Positions 1 through 8,176 of a stretch of 64,000 nt of DNA are shown piece by piece. Numbering within the stretch: position 1 is the first letter of the stretch; every line of letters starts with the position of its first letter. Under the pieces are notes generated by a model that saw nothing but the letters and a program-made list of their open reading frames with translations, was not told the DNA's origin and did no database searches. A program made the position numbers and the translations under genes. Origin of the DNA: Mageeibacillus sp. UBA5747 (GTDB taxonomy: Bacteria; Bacillota; Clostridia; Saccharofermentanales; UBA5734); contig DIFN01000076.1 in NCBI GenBank assembly GCA_002419145.1, positions 51,620-115,619 of the forward strand, written 5' to 3'.

Positions 1-8
1 GAGATACG

Positions 9-629
9 ATGACTGTTATGGTTCTGGCAACAGAAAACGAAGGGAAAATAGGCGAGTTTCTCGCCTTGGCCAGACACTCTGGCTTTGAGCTGGTCAGCAT
101 GCGAGCTGCCGGATTCACAGGTACCATCGTGGAAGATGGAAAGACCTACGAGGAAAATGCCCTGATCAAAGCGCGCACCGTGCATCGCCGGTTGGGAGGC
201 TGGGTTCTGGCGGATGATTCCGGCCTGTCCGTGGATGTGCTGGACGGAGCACCTGGCATTTATTCAGCTCGCTTTGCCGGTGAAAATGCCACCTATCCAG
301 ACAAAATTGCCCAGCTGCATGCCTGGCTGGCCCCATTCCCACCTGAGACGTGGCAGGCCTCGTTTGTCTGCGCCATCGCCATTATCCAGCCTGATGGCAG
401 GGAAGAGGTCGTGCGCGGAACATGCCGCGGCTACATTGCGCGTCAAGCTGCGGGGTCGAATGGATTTGGTTACGATCCAATTTTCTTTTTGCCGGAATAT
501 GGCCAGACCATGGCCCAGATCGATCCGGCTCTGAAGAACCAGATCAGCCACCGTGCCCGGGCGCTGGCTCTGGCAGCCCAGGTCTTGCCTCACGGTCTTT
601 CCGGTCCGAATCTGGCAGCCAGGGCTTGA
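9..629 (+). CDS. rdgB: RdgB/HAM1 family non-canonical purine NTP (dITP/XTP) pyrophosphatase
   Basis: 206-aa ORF with LATENEGKIGEF, ADDSGL, GFGYDPIFF and SHRARA motifs typical of the family. A metallophosphoesterase follows, as in Bacillus (ysnA-ysnB). Confidence 0.9.
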   Translation: MTVMVLATENEGKIGEFLALARHSGFELVSMRAAGFTGTIVEDGKTYEENALIKARTVHRRLGGWVLADDSGLSVDVLDGAPGIYSARFAGENATYPDKIAQLHAWLAPFPPETWQASFVCAIAIIQPDGREEVVRGTCRGYIARQAAGSNGFGYDPIFFLPEYGQTMAQIDPALKNQISHRARALALAAQVLPHGLSGPNLAARA

Positions 630-630
630 A

Positions 631-1176
631 ATGGATGCGCAGCTCAATCATCTGAAAAATGCCAGCGCTGTCCGTTTGCTGGTGGTCTCAGATTCACATG
701 GCCGCCTGGACGGCATCACATCCTTGATCCAGCACACCGGCCTGCCGGATTTGCTGCTTCACCTGGGAGACCACCAGAACCCGCTGGAAGAAATCGCCCG
801 GGAACTGGACTGCCCTGTCCTGGGAGTTGCTGGCAACTGCGATCACTGGCAGCCAGCGGCCAACTTGCCAGACAACCGACTGGTAATCCTGGCCGGGCGA
901 CGGTTTTTCCTGACTCATGGGCACCGTTACCAGGTTAAGAGTGGCTTGGATTCATTGCTCCAGACTGCCATACAGGATCCCTGGCGGGCGGATTTTATTT
1001 TATTCGGCCATACTCACCAGCAATGGATCCGGCAACTGGTCCAGGAGGACCGGAAGATCTTCGTGCTCAACCCCGGATCGGCCTATCCCGGACGCGTTGG
1101 TCCACAGGGCATCTGGATAGATATCTCCGCGGGGAAAATCAGAATTGATCTCTTGCCGGACCTGCAAGGGTCATGA
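631..1176 (+). CDS. YfcE/YsnB-type metallophosphoesterase
   Basis: Start moved to the ATG at 631 (MDAQLNH), 1 nt after the rdgB stop. Carries the motifs VVSDSHG, HLGDH, GNCD, LTHGH and GHTH. Confidence 0.85.
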   Translation: MDAQLNHLKNASAVRLLVVSDSHGRLDGITSLIQHTGLPDLLLHLGDHQNPLEEIARELDCPVLGVAGNCDHWQPAANLPDNRLVILAGRRFFLTHGHRYQVKSGLDSLLQTAIQDPWRADFILFGHTHQQWIRQLVQEDRKIFVLNPGSAYPGRVGPQGIWIDISAGKIRIDLLPDLQGS

Positions 1177-1235
1177 TATAGTATCATTCACGGACGAATG
1201 TTCTTCCCGAGCGTACAAAGAAAGGATGCCTGACC

Positions 1236-1676
1236 GTGTCTGACAGCGAGTTTTTCCTCGTCAAAGCCGAAGTCTTGCCCGATGTGTTCAACAAAGTTAT
1301 GGCGGTCAAGCGTTTGCTCAGCAGTGGCAAGGCTGAATCCATCAATGTTGCCTGCAACCGGATTGGTCTTTCGCGCAGCGCTTATTATAAATACAAAGAT
1401 GCGGTGCTGCCATTTTATGAGACCTCACGCGGACGGATGGTGACGCTGATTTTCGCGGTGGAAAATTTTCCTGGTATTCTCTCGGGCATCATCACGGTGT
1501 TGGCTAAAGAAAAGGCCAATGTCCTGACCATTAACCAGAACATTCCCATCAACGGCCTGGCTGATGTGTCGATATCGATTGAAACAGACCGGATGACCGG
1601 CAGCCTGGAGGATTTGCTTGATGAGCTGGGCAAGATCCCCGGTGTTCGTTCGTACAAAATCCTGGCTCGCGACTGA
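1236..1676 (+). CDS. ACT domain-containing protein (UPF0735/PheB-like)
   Basis: 146-aa ORF with a GTG start. The N-terminal HTH-like segment plus C-terminal ACT fold pattern resembles Bacillus PheB. Lies directly upstream of hom. Confidence 0.75.
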   Translation: MSDSEFFLVKAEVLPDVFNKVMAVKRLLSSGKAESINVACNRIGLSRSAYYKYKDAVLPFYETSRGRMVTLIFAVENFPGILSGIITVLAKEKANVLTINQNIPINGLADVSISIETDRMTGSLEDLLDELGKIPGVRSYKILARD

Positions 1677-1702
1677 AATCACAACAACTGGGAGGACATG
1701 TC

Positions 1703-2959
1703 ATGATCAATATTGCCATTCTGGGCTATGGTATTGTCGGCAGTGGTGTCGGCGAAGTGATCCATATGAATCAGGATTCGCTCGAAACCAGGACTGGGCA
1801 GCGCATTGACATCAAGAAAATTCTGGACTTGCGGGAATTCCCCCAGGATCCTTATGGCGACCGGGTCACTCGTTCAGCCGACGAAATCATGGATGATCCT
1901 GAAATTTCAGTTGTTGTCGAAACCATTGGCGGTGTTTCGATCGCCTATGACCTGACCAAAAGGGCTCTTTTGGCTGGCAAACATGTGGTCACTTCAAACA
2001 AGGAACTCGTTGCCACCCATGGACCTGAACTCATGGCCCTCGCAGATGCCAACAGTGTCAACTATCTGTTTGAGGCCAGTGTGGGCGGCGGCATCCCGAT
2101 CATCCGCCCCTTGCATAAATGCCTGGCAGCCAACGTTATCCTCGAAATCTCCGGTATCCTGAATGGGACGACCAATTATATCCTGACCCGGATGGAGCAT
2201 GCCGGAATTGACTTTACTGCGGCCCTCAAGGAAGCCCAGGAGCGGGGCTATGCGGAACAAAACCCGACCGCGGATATAGCAGGCATTGATGCTTGCCGCA
2301 AAATTGCCATTCTCGCCAGCATCGCGACCGGAGAATACATCGACAGCCGCAAAATCCACACCGAAGGCATTGCCTCAGTGACCACTGCGGATATGGCTTA
2401 TGCTCGCCAGCTGAACCGTAAAGTCAAGCTGCTGGGCCGGTTTTTGCACCATGACGGTCACACATACAACTTGATTGTAGCCCCGATGCTGGTCAGAACC
2501 ACAGAACCGCTTGCGGTGGCGGATGATGTTTTCAATGCGATCCAGGTCCGTGGCAACGCCCTCGGAACGGCCATGTTCTACGGCCGTGGCGCCGGCAAAC
2601 TGCCCACAGCCAGCGCAGTCGTGGCTGACATCATCGAATGTGTCATGCACCTGGGCAAAAAGCCTCATGTCGCTCTGTGGCAGGATACAGGGAGGGAGAA
2701 CATCCTGGCGCATGAACTGGCACCTGTCCAGGCCTTGATCCGTCTCGACCCCCAGGTTTCCCGGACCCAAGTGGAGGCGTTATTCAACCCTTATGGCCTG
2801 GACTGGCTTGAACCGGTCCTTCCAGGCGAAATAGCCTGCACCGTTGGTTTCAATCCGGAAAATCCCTTGCTGGAAGGACAGCTATCTGACCAGCTTTCCA
2901 TCTTGGACGATTATCTGGCTGGCTGGATGAGACTTTGCACCTGCGAAAGTACCCTGTAA
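1703..2959 (+). CDS. hom: Homoserine dehydrogenase
   Basis: 418 aa with an N-terminal Rossmann motif (ILGYGIVGSGV), VVTSNKEL, and a C-terminal ACT-like region. GGGAGG RBS lies 7 nt upstream. Confidence 0.9.
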   Translation: MINIAILGYGIVGSGVGEVIHMNQDSLETRTGQRIDIKKILDLREFPQDPYGDRVTRSADEIMDDPEISVVVETIGGVSIAYDLTKRALLAGKHVVTSNKELVATHGPELMALADANSVNYLFEASVGGGIPIIRPLHKCLAANVILEISGILNGTTNYILTRMEHAGIDFTAALKEAQERGYAEQNPTADIAGIDACRKIAILASIATGEYIDSRKIHTEGIASVTTADMAYARQLNRKVKLLGRFLHHDGHTYNLIVAPMLVRTTEPLAVADDVFNAIQVRGNALGTAMFYGRGAGKLPTASAVVADIIECVMHLGKKPHVALWQDTGRENILAHELAPVQALIRLDPQVSRTQVEALFNPYGLDWLEPVLPGEIACTVGFNPENPLLEGQLSDQLSILDDYLAGWMRLCTCESTL

Positions 2960-2962
2960 ACT

Positions 2963-3012
2963 AAAAAAACCGTCCCGGCTGCACCTGTCAGCTATGGGAC
3001 GGTTTTGTTTTT
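2963..3012. terminator. Bidirectional rho-independent terminator between hom and the convergent zinc-ribbon gene
   Basis: A7 run, stem CCGTCCC (2970-2976) / GGGACGG (2996-3002), then TTTTGTTTTT. Confidence 0.7.
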
Positions 3013-3043
3013 ACAGATCAGGACAGAAAAGAGGCTATGCAGA

Positions 3044-3220
3044 TCAGAATCTGTTGTCCATGCCACCCTGCTGACGTCTGCTGTTCTTGCGGGCCTTGCG
3101 GCAGTCTGGGCAACGAACGGGTTCGTTCTCAAAGCCCTTCTCTTTGTAGAATGCCTGTTCACCTTCGGTGAACGCGAATTCGACTCCACAGTCTTTGCAT
3201 GTTAAGATTTTGTCTGGCAT
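3044..3220 (-). CDS. Small zinc-ribbon domain protein (two CxxC pairs)
   Basis: Start set at MPDKILTCKDCG, with a GGGAGG RBS 10 nt upstream. CKDC...CPDC with FAFTEGEQAFYKEKGF is typical of the widespread 'probable zinc-ribbon' small proteins. Confidence 0.7.
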   Translation of the reverse strand: MPDKILTCKDCGVEFAFTEGEQAFYKEKGFENEPVRCPDCRKARKNSRRQQGGMDNRF

Positions 3221-3339
3221 GTTGGAAAAACCTCCCAATTAATCTCGGATCAAGCAAGTGACAGTGGCTTTTCCAAAGAATTCAGGAGGTCAGGACCTAC
3301 TCATTCTGTCCGGCTCAGGCTGTGAACAAACTTTATCCG

Positions 3340-3369
3340 TTGTTCGGATCATAGCATACATGGTATAAT
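3340..3369 (+). promoter_or_regulatory. Candidate extended -10 promoter for the DRTGG/HydS-like operon
   Basis: TTGTTC (3340-3345), 18-bp spacer, TGgTATAAT (-10 at 3364-3369). Predicts a leader of roughly 95 nt. Confidence 0.4.
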
Positions 3370-3474
3370 GTTTTCAAGTGTGTTTAGACAAACTGTTGGA
3401 CACAATGCTGGAAATCCACCAGCGATCTGTGCAAGATCAACCTATATTCAGAACTACTTCGCAAGGAGACCGTT

Positions 3475-3825
3475 ATGAAACTGAGTGAATGTGTCGACGC
3501 CATCTCTGCTACTGTCCTGGTCACGGGTGAAGATATGGATCTGGATGTCCAAGTTGCCTGTGGAGCTGACCTGATGAGTGACGTGATGGCCTTTTCCTGC
3601 TCGACCAACCAGATGATGCTGACAGGTCTGGTCAATCCGCAGACCATCCGGACCGCAGAGATGATGGACGTCAAAGTGGTCGTTTTTGTCCGCGGCAAAG
3701 TACCGGACCAGGGCATGCTCGACCTGGCTCGGGAGAAGGGCATTTGTGTCCTGTCGACACCCCTGCCGATGTTTTCGGCCTGTGGCATCTTGTACCAGAA
3801 CGGTGTCAGGGGCAAGGGGGAGTAA
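3475..3825 (+). CDS. DRTGG domain-containing protein
   Basis: 116 aa. Its size and sequence pattern (ADLMSDVM..., MLTGLVNPQTIRTAEMMDVKVVVFVRG) match the small DRTGG proteins found in hydrogenase-associated clusters. AAGGAG RBS. Confidence 0.7.
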   Translation: MKLSECVDAISATVLVTGEDMDLDVQVACGADLMSDVMAFSCSTNQMMLTGLVNPQTIRTAEMMDVKVVVFVRGKVPDQGMLDLAREKGICVLSTPLPMFSACGILYQNGVRGKGE

Positions 3826-4254
3826 ATGATCGAACCGGTCAAACTCGAATACAAGATCCGCGGCTCTGATTTCATCAACGCCGGTGAGGCATCCAGCGGC
3901 ACCAAAAAGGCTCTCAACCGGCTTGGCGTATCCCCCGCGGCCGTGAAGCGGGCGGCTATTGCCATGTACGAAGCAGAAATCAATGCCGTGATTCACGCGA
4001 ATGGTGGCGAAGCAGAGGTCCTCATCTATTCAGACCATGTGGTCATCCGGATCAGCGATCAGGGGCCAGGCATTCCTGACGTCAGCCTGGCCATGCAGGA
4101 AGGCTGGTCTACAGCACCTGACATTGCGCGCGAAATGGGTTTCGGCGCTGGCATGGGCTTGCCTAATATCAAAAAGCATTCGGACGACATGTCCATCGAA
4201 ACGGAGATTGGCAAGGGCACCACTGTCACGATCATTGTCCGTTTCCAAGACTAA
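3826..4254 (+). CDS. SpoIIAB-like GHKL ATPase (anti-sigma regulatory factor / Ser-Thr kinase-like)
   Basis: 142 aa with N-box EAEINAVIHA, G1 DQGPGI and G2 GFGAGMGLPNI. No His-phosphoacceptor domain. Confidence 0.8.
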   Translation: MIEPVKLEYKIRGSDFINAGEASSGTKKALNRLGVSPAAVKRAAIAMYEAEINAVIHANGGEAEVLIYSDHVVIRISDQGPGIPDVSLAMQEGWSTAPDIAREMGFGAGMGLPNIKKHSDDMSIETEIGKGTTVTIIVRFQD

Positions 4255-4265
4255 AGGGAATTCTC

Positions 4266-5627
4266 ATGGCTAAACTCCATTCTGTGCGGCTGAACGAAGA
4301 CAAATGCGTTGGCTGCACGAACTGCATCAAGAAATGTCCAACCGAAGCGATCCGGGTTCGTAACGGCAAGGCCAGGATTGCCGAGGAGCGCTGCATCGAT
4401 TGTGGTGAATGCATCAAAGTGTGTCCCCATCATGCCAAAAGTGCTGAAATGGACACCCTCAATGCCCTGAAAGCTTTCCGTTACACCATTGCCCTGGCTG
4501 CACCGTCGCTCTATGCCCAGTTCGGAGCCCCGGCAACACGCCCCATGGTACTGGCGGCCCTGCTTAATATCGGGTTCGATGATGTTTACGAGGTCGCCAT
4601 CGGGGCGGAAGTGGTCACCAAGGGGACCTGCGATTACCTGCCCCAGGCCCGATCGTCTTCTCAACTACCACTGATATCCTCTGCCTGTCCGGCTGTTGTC
4701 CGGGTTATCCAGGAAAAATATCCCGGCCTGATCGATAACCTGGTCCCGTTTGATTCCCCGATGGAGGTGACTGCTGAACTGGCCCGGCGCGATGCCCTGG
4801 CCCGGACCAACCTCAAATCACAGGAAATCGGCATCTTTTTCATCAGCCCCTGCCCGGCCAAGCGGACCGCCGTGACCAATCCGATTGGTAACCGCCCGAC
4901 CCAGGTGGATGGCGTCCTGTCTATTGCCGAAATCTACCCCCAGATTCTGGCTAAACTTGAGAAAATAAACCCGGACCAGGTGGAAGCATGTGAGCAACGG
5001 ATCCTGGCTGATGCCACCGGAGTCGGCTGGGGTGCCAGCGGCGGTGAGGCCATGGGCCTCCAGACTGAAAAATACCTGGTGGTTGATGGTATCCATAATG
5101 TGATCGATATCCTTGAAGAGATTGAGAACGAACGCTTGCGCGACATCGAGTTTATTGAAGCGAATTCCTGCATGGGTGGCTGTATTGGAGGGCCCCTGAC
5201 GGTAGCCAACCGTTTTTCCGCCAAATCACGCATGAATCGCTACATTCAGGAAGCTCTTGTTTTCGAGGCTGATCACCAGGATTTAGTCTACAAACCAGAC
5301 CGGGAAGTGATCCGCCCCTGGTTCGATATGCCGCAGGCTAACAATGCCCTGACCCTGGATCCAGATATTTTCAAAGCCTTGGAAAAATACGAACAGATGG
5401 AGAAAATCACCCATCAATTGCCAGGTCTCGATTGCGGTGCCTGTGGTGCCCCGGATTGTGCTGCCCTGGCAGAAGACATCGTGCGCGGTCTGGCGGTTGA
5501 GTCGGACTGCATCTTCAAGCTTAAAGAGCGGATCCGCTCGGTAGCTGCCCAGATGAGCGAACTGGAATTTGAAATGAACAGGCATTCCAAACCAGCAGAA
5601 GGGGAGAAAGAACATGGTCACACTTGA
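4266..5627 (+). CDS. [FeFe]-hydrogenase-like Fe-S protein (HydS-type putative sensory homolog)
   Basis: Two ferredoxin motifs (CVGCTNCIKKCP, CIDCGECIKVCP). H-domain-like motifs SSACPAV, SPCPAKR and SCMGGCIGGP. C-terminal CGACGAPDC...C Fe-S domain. Confidence 0.8.
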   Translation: MAKLHSVRLNEDKCVGCTNCIKKCPTEAIRVRNGKARIAEERCIDCGECIKVCPHHAKSAEMDTLNALKAFRYTIALAAPSLYAQFGAPATRPMVLAALLNIGFDDVYEVAIGAEVVTKGTCDYLPQARSSSQLPLISSACPAVVRVIQEKYPGLIDNLVPFDSPMEVTAELARRDALARTNLKSQEIGIFFISPCPAKRTAVTNPIGNRPTQVDGVLSIAEIYPQILAKLEKINPDQVEACEQRILADATGVGWGASGGEAMGLQTEKYLVVDGIHNVIDILEEIENERLRDIEFIEANSCMGGCIGGPLTVANRFSAKSRMNRYIQEALVFEADHQDLVYKPDREVIRPWFDMPQANNALTLDPDIFKALEKYEQMEKITHQLPGLDCGACGAPDCAALAEDIVRGLAVESDCIFKLKERIRSVAAQMSELEFEMNRHSKPAEGEKEHGHT

Positions 5628-5958
5628 TCAGGTGCGCGATGCCCTGGGAGCGCAGATTCTCGTGGGCAACGATCTGGCCCGACGACCGGTCGCTGGTGGC
5701 TATGCCTGTGACATGCTCAGCTGGGTGATGTCTCATGCCCAGCCGACGGATGTCTGGATGACGATCCTGAACAGCATTAATGTAATTGCCGTGGCAGTCC
5801 TGACTGACTGTGCCTGTGTTCTGCTCACGGAAGGGGTGGAACTGCCCCCGGACGTAGCCGCCCGGGCTCAGGACAAAGGGGTGGTGGTCCTTGGCACCCA
5901 GGCCTCGACGTACGAGGCCAGTGCGCAGCTGCATGCGTTTCTCAACCCTCTCTTGTGA
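5614..5958 (+). CDS. DRTGG domain-containing protein (second copy)
   Basis: 114 aa, paralogous in pattern to 3475-3825 (ACDMLSWVM..., VAVLTDCACVLLTEG). Overlaps the upstream gene by 14 nt. Confidence 0.7.
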   Translation: MVTLDQVRDALGAQILVGNDLARRPVAGGYACDMLSWVMSHAQPTDVWMTILNSINVIAVAVLTDCACVLLTEGVELPPDVAARAQDKGVVVLGTQASTYEASAQLHAFLNPLL

Positions 5959-6695
5959 TCGCCCACTGTGATCTTCACATTCATTCGGCCTTGTCGCCCT
6001 GCTCAGATGATGACATGTCACCGGGCTTGATTGTTGGCCTGGCCAAATTGGCTGGGCTTGATTTCATTGCCATCACGGATCATCAGTCTTGTGGCAACTG
6101 TGCTGCCGCTATGGCCCTTGGCGAAGCTTATGAGGGACCGGTTGTTGTGCCAGGCATGGAGATCGAATCCAGCGAAGAAATCCACTTGCTCTGCCTGTTT
6201 CCTGATTTACAGGCGGCAAAGGAGCTGGAGACACTCGTCCAGCAGGCGATGTTGCCTCTGAAAAACCGGCCGGAAATTTTTGGCGAGCAGTTGCTGTTTA
6301 ACGAAGAGGATGAAGCAACTGGATGCGAGAGTCGCCTGCTGCTGCAGGCCTGCCAGCTGTCTTGCGATGAAATTGCCCGCCAGGTGCTGGCCCGAGGCGG
6401 GGTCTGTATTCCGGCCCATCTGGACCGGGAAGCCAACAGCATGCTGCAAAACCTTGGCGCTGTCCCGCAAGATTTTCCCACGGATTGGATCGAATTGTCC
6501 AAACGGTCTGACCCTGCCCTGTTTTTCCGGAATCATCCAGACTTGGCCTGCTACCATAGCCTGATCGATTCGGATGCCCATCACCTGACCCAGATCGAAG
6601 AGCCTGGCTGGCCGATTGACGTGCAGCCCTGGTCCAATCCTGCTCAAGCCCGGCTGCATCTGCTCGCTGCCTTGCGACCCCGCTTCAGGCAATGA
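5955..6695 (+). CDS. PHP domain phosphoesterase
   Basis: The N-terminal CDLHIHSALSPCSDD and AITDH motifs are a PHP metal-binding signature. GTG start in a GTGA overlap with the upstream gene. Confidence 0.8.
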   Translation: MIAHCDLHIHSALSPCSDDDMSPGLIVGLAKLAGLDFIAITDHQSCGNCAAAMALGEAYEGPVVVPGMEIESSEEIHLLCLFPDLQAAKELETLVQQAMLPLKNRPEIFGEQLLFNEEDEATGCESRLLLQACQLSCDEIARQVLARGGVCIPAHLDREANSMLQNLGAVPQDFPTDWIELSKRSDPALFFRNHPDLACYHSLIDSDAHHLTQIEEPGWPIDVQPWSNPAQARLHLLAALRPRFRQ

Positions 6696-6732
6696 TATAA
6701 TATGGCCCAGTTTCACACTGAATGGAGAGCCT

Positions 6733-7299
6733 ATGCGCGATCTTTCGCTCCACCTGATGGACATCGTCCAGAATTCCGTCAAAGCACGGGCGACTGCAAT
6801 CGAGATTGAGATTGATGCCAGGCCTGATGCAGACCAGCTCGTCCTGCGCGTCCGGGACAATGGCTGCGGCATGCCGCCGGAAATGGTGGCCACCGTGCAG
6901 GACCCTTTTGTAACGACAAGGACAACCCGTTCGGTTGGACTCGGCATTTCGCTGCTCAAAGAGTTGTGCGAGCTGACCGGAGGCCATCTGGAAATCGAGT
7001 CCAGTGCAGGTGTCGGGACCTGTCTGGTGGCCACTTTGGGCTTGTCCAGCATCGATCGTCTGCCTCTGGGCGATCTGGGTGATACATTTTACATTTTGCT
7101 GTCTGCTGACCCGAGTCTGGACTATTCCCTCAAACTGACTGCACAAGACAGGACATTCAAGCTCGACATGACTGAAATCAGGGCAGAGATCCCTGATTTG
7201 CCCGTTGATGATCCAGCTGTCCTGAACTGGATTCGAGCCTACATCCATGAGAACCAGACTGCTGTTTTCAGTGGTGTGCTCGATGAGATCGAAAGCTGA
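6733..7299 (+). CDS. Stand-alone GHKL (HATPase_c) ATP-binding protein
   Basis: Start set at MRDLSLHLMDIVQNS with a GGAG RBS. Motifs: N-box DIVQNSVKA, G1 DNGCGM, G2 GLGISLLKE. No sensor or DHp domain. Confidence 0.75.
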   Translation: MRDLSLHLMDIVQNSVKARATAIEIEIDARPDADQLVLRVRDNGCGMPPEMVATVQDPFVTTRTTRSVGLGISLLKELCELTGGHLEIESSAGVGTCLVATLGLSSIDRLPLGDLGDTFYILLSADPSLDYSLKLTAQDRTFKLDMTEIRAEIPDLPVDDPAVLNWIRAYIHENQTAVFSGVLDEIES

Positions 7300-7342
7300 A
7301 CTGGCTGGACTCGACATCCGACCAATGACCGTCAAAGAGTGA

Positions 7343-7379
7343 CCTTGCGGACTCGACAACGGCTCCGCAAGGCTTTTTT
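7343..7379 (+). terminator. Rho-independent terminator closing the six-gene operon
   Basis: Stem CCTTGCGGA / TCCGCAAGG followed by C TTTTTT. Confidence 0.7.
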
Positions 7380-7390
7380 AAGGAGAGAAC

Positions 7391-8137
7391 ATGAACCTGA
7401 TTCTGACACTCGAAGCCTTGAAAGTTTACAAAGTCAAACATGAACGACTGATCCAGCTCGCTTTCGTCGTATTGTATCTGATCAACATTGCCCCCTATGT
7501 GCTGCCTGTGGGTGACATGGATTTTTCTGGCTTTCTATACGCCACGGAAAAGTTCATCCAGGATCCTTCCCAGCCAGTGCCCCAGCTGACATCCGGTAAT
7601 CTGCTTTCGCTGGGCTTGATTGCAGTCACCGGGCTGGTCGATCTTCTGGTTGCCCTGAGCTATTCGGTATTATTGGCCGGTGAGCAAGCCAGACTTCCGG
7701 GCAAAACCATACTGCTTCGCTTCGCCAAAGGACTTCCCGCGCTCTTGCTGACCTTGCTTTTGCTGCTGGTGCCCGTCCTGTTGTCTTCATTGCTCTTCAT
7801 GATTCCCGCCCTGATTCTGGTCACGAATCTGTATGTCCTGCCTGTCTTGCTCCTCTTGGAAAATCGCAAACTGACTGAAGCGCTGCAGGCATCGATCCAG
7901 CTGGTCAAAGGTTTCAAAATGATGATCTTGCTGCAGATGTTTTTCCTTTCGATCATCCTCTCCCTGCCGGAAAGCCTGATCCTGAGCTTTTTGCCGCAGA
8001 CCCTTTTAACATCCATCCTCGTTCCCCAGTTTTTCGTGGTGCTCCAAGTGTTTGCCCAAGGTCGCCTTTTAGGCATGTTCTATCTTTTCCTTGTAAAAAA
8101 AGTTCCGATTGTGATACCATCGAAGCCACAACTTTGA
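7391..8137 (+). CDS. Hypothetical polytopic membrane protein
   Basis: 248 aa, Leu-rich, with several hydrophobic segments. AAGGAGAG RBS. No family recognised with confidence. Confidence 0.5.
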   Translation: MNLILTLEALKVYKVKHERLIQLAFVVLYLINIAPYVLPVGDMDFSGFLYATEKFIQDPSQPVPQLTSGNLLSLGLIAVTGLVDLLVALSYSVLLAGEQARLPGKTILLRFAKGLPALLLTLLLLLVPVLLSSLLFMIPALILVTNLYVLPVLLLLENRKLTEALQASIQLVKGFKMMILLQMFFLSIILSLPESLILSFLPQTLLTSILVPQFFVVLQVFAQGRLLGMFYLFLVKKVPIVIPSKPQL

Positions 8138-8176
8138 GCCTTCGGCCAAGGTTAATCATCAAAAATGGAGGTCGTC

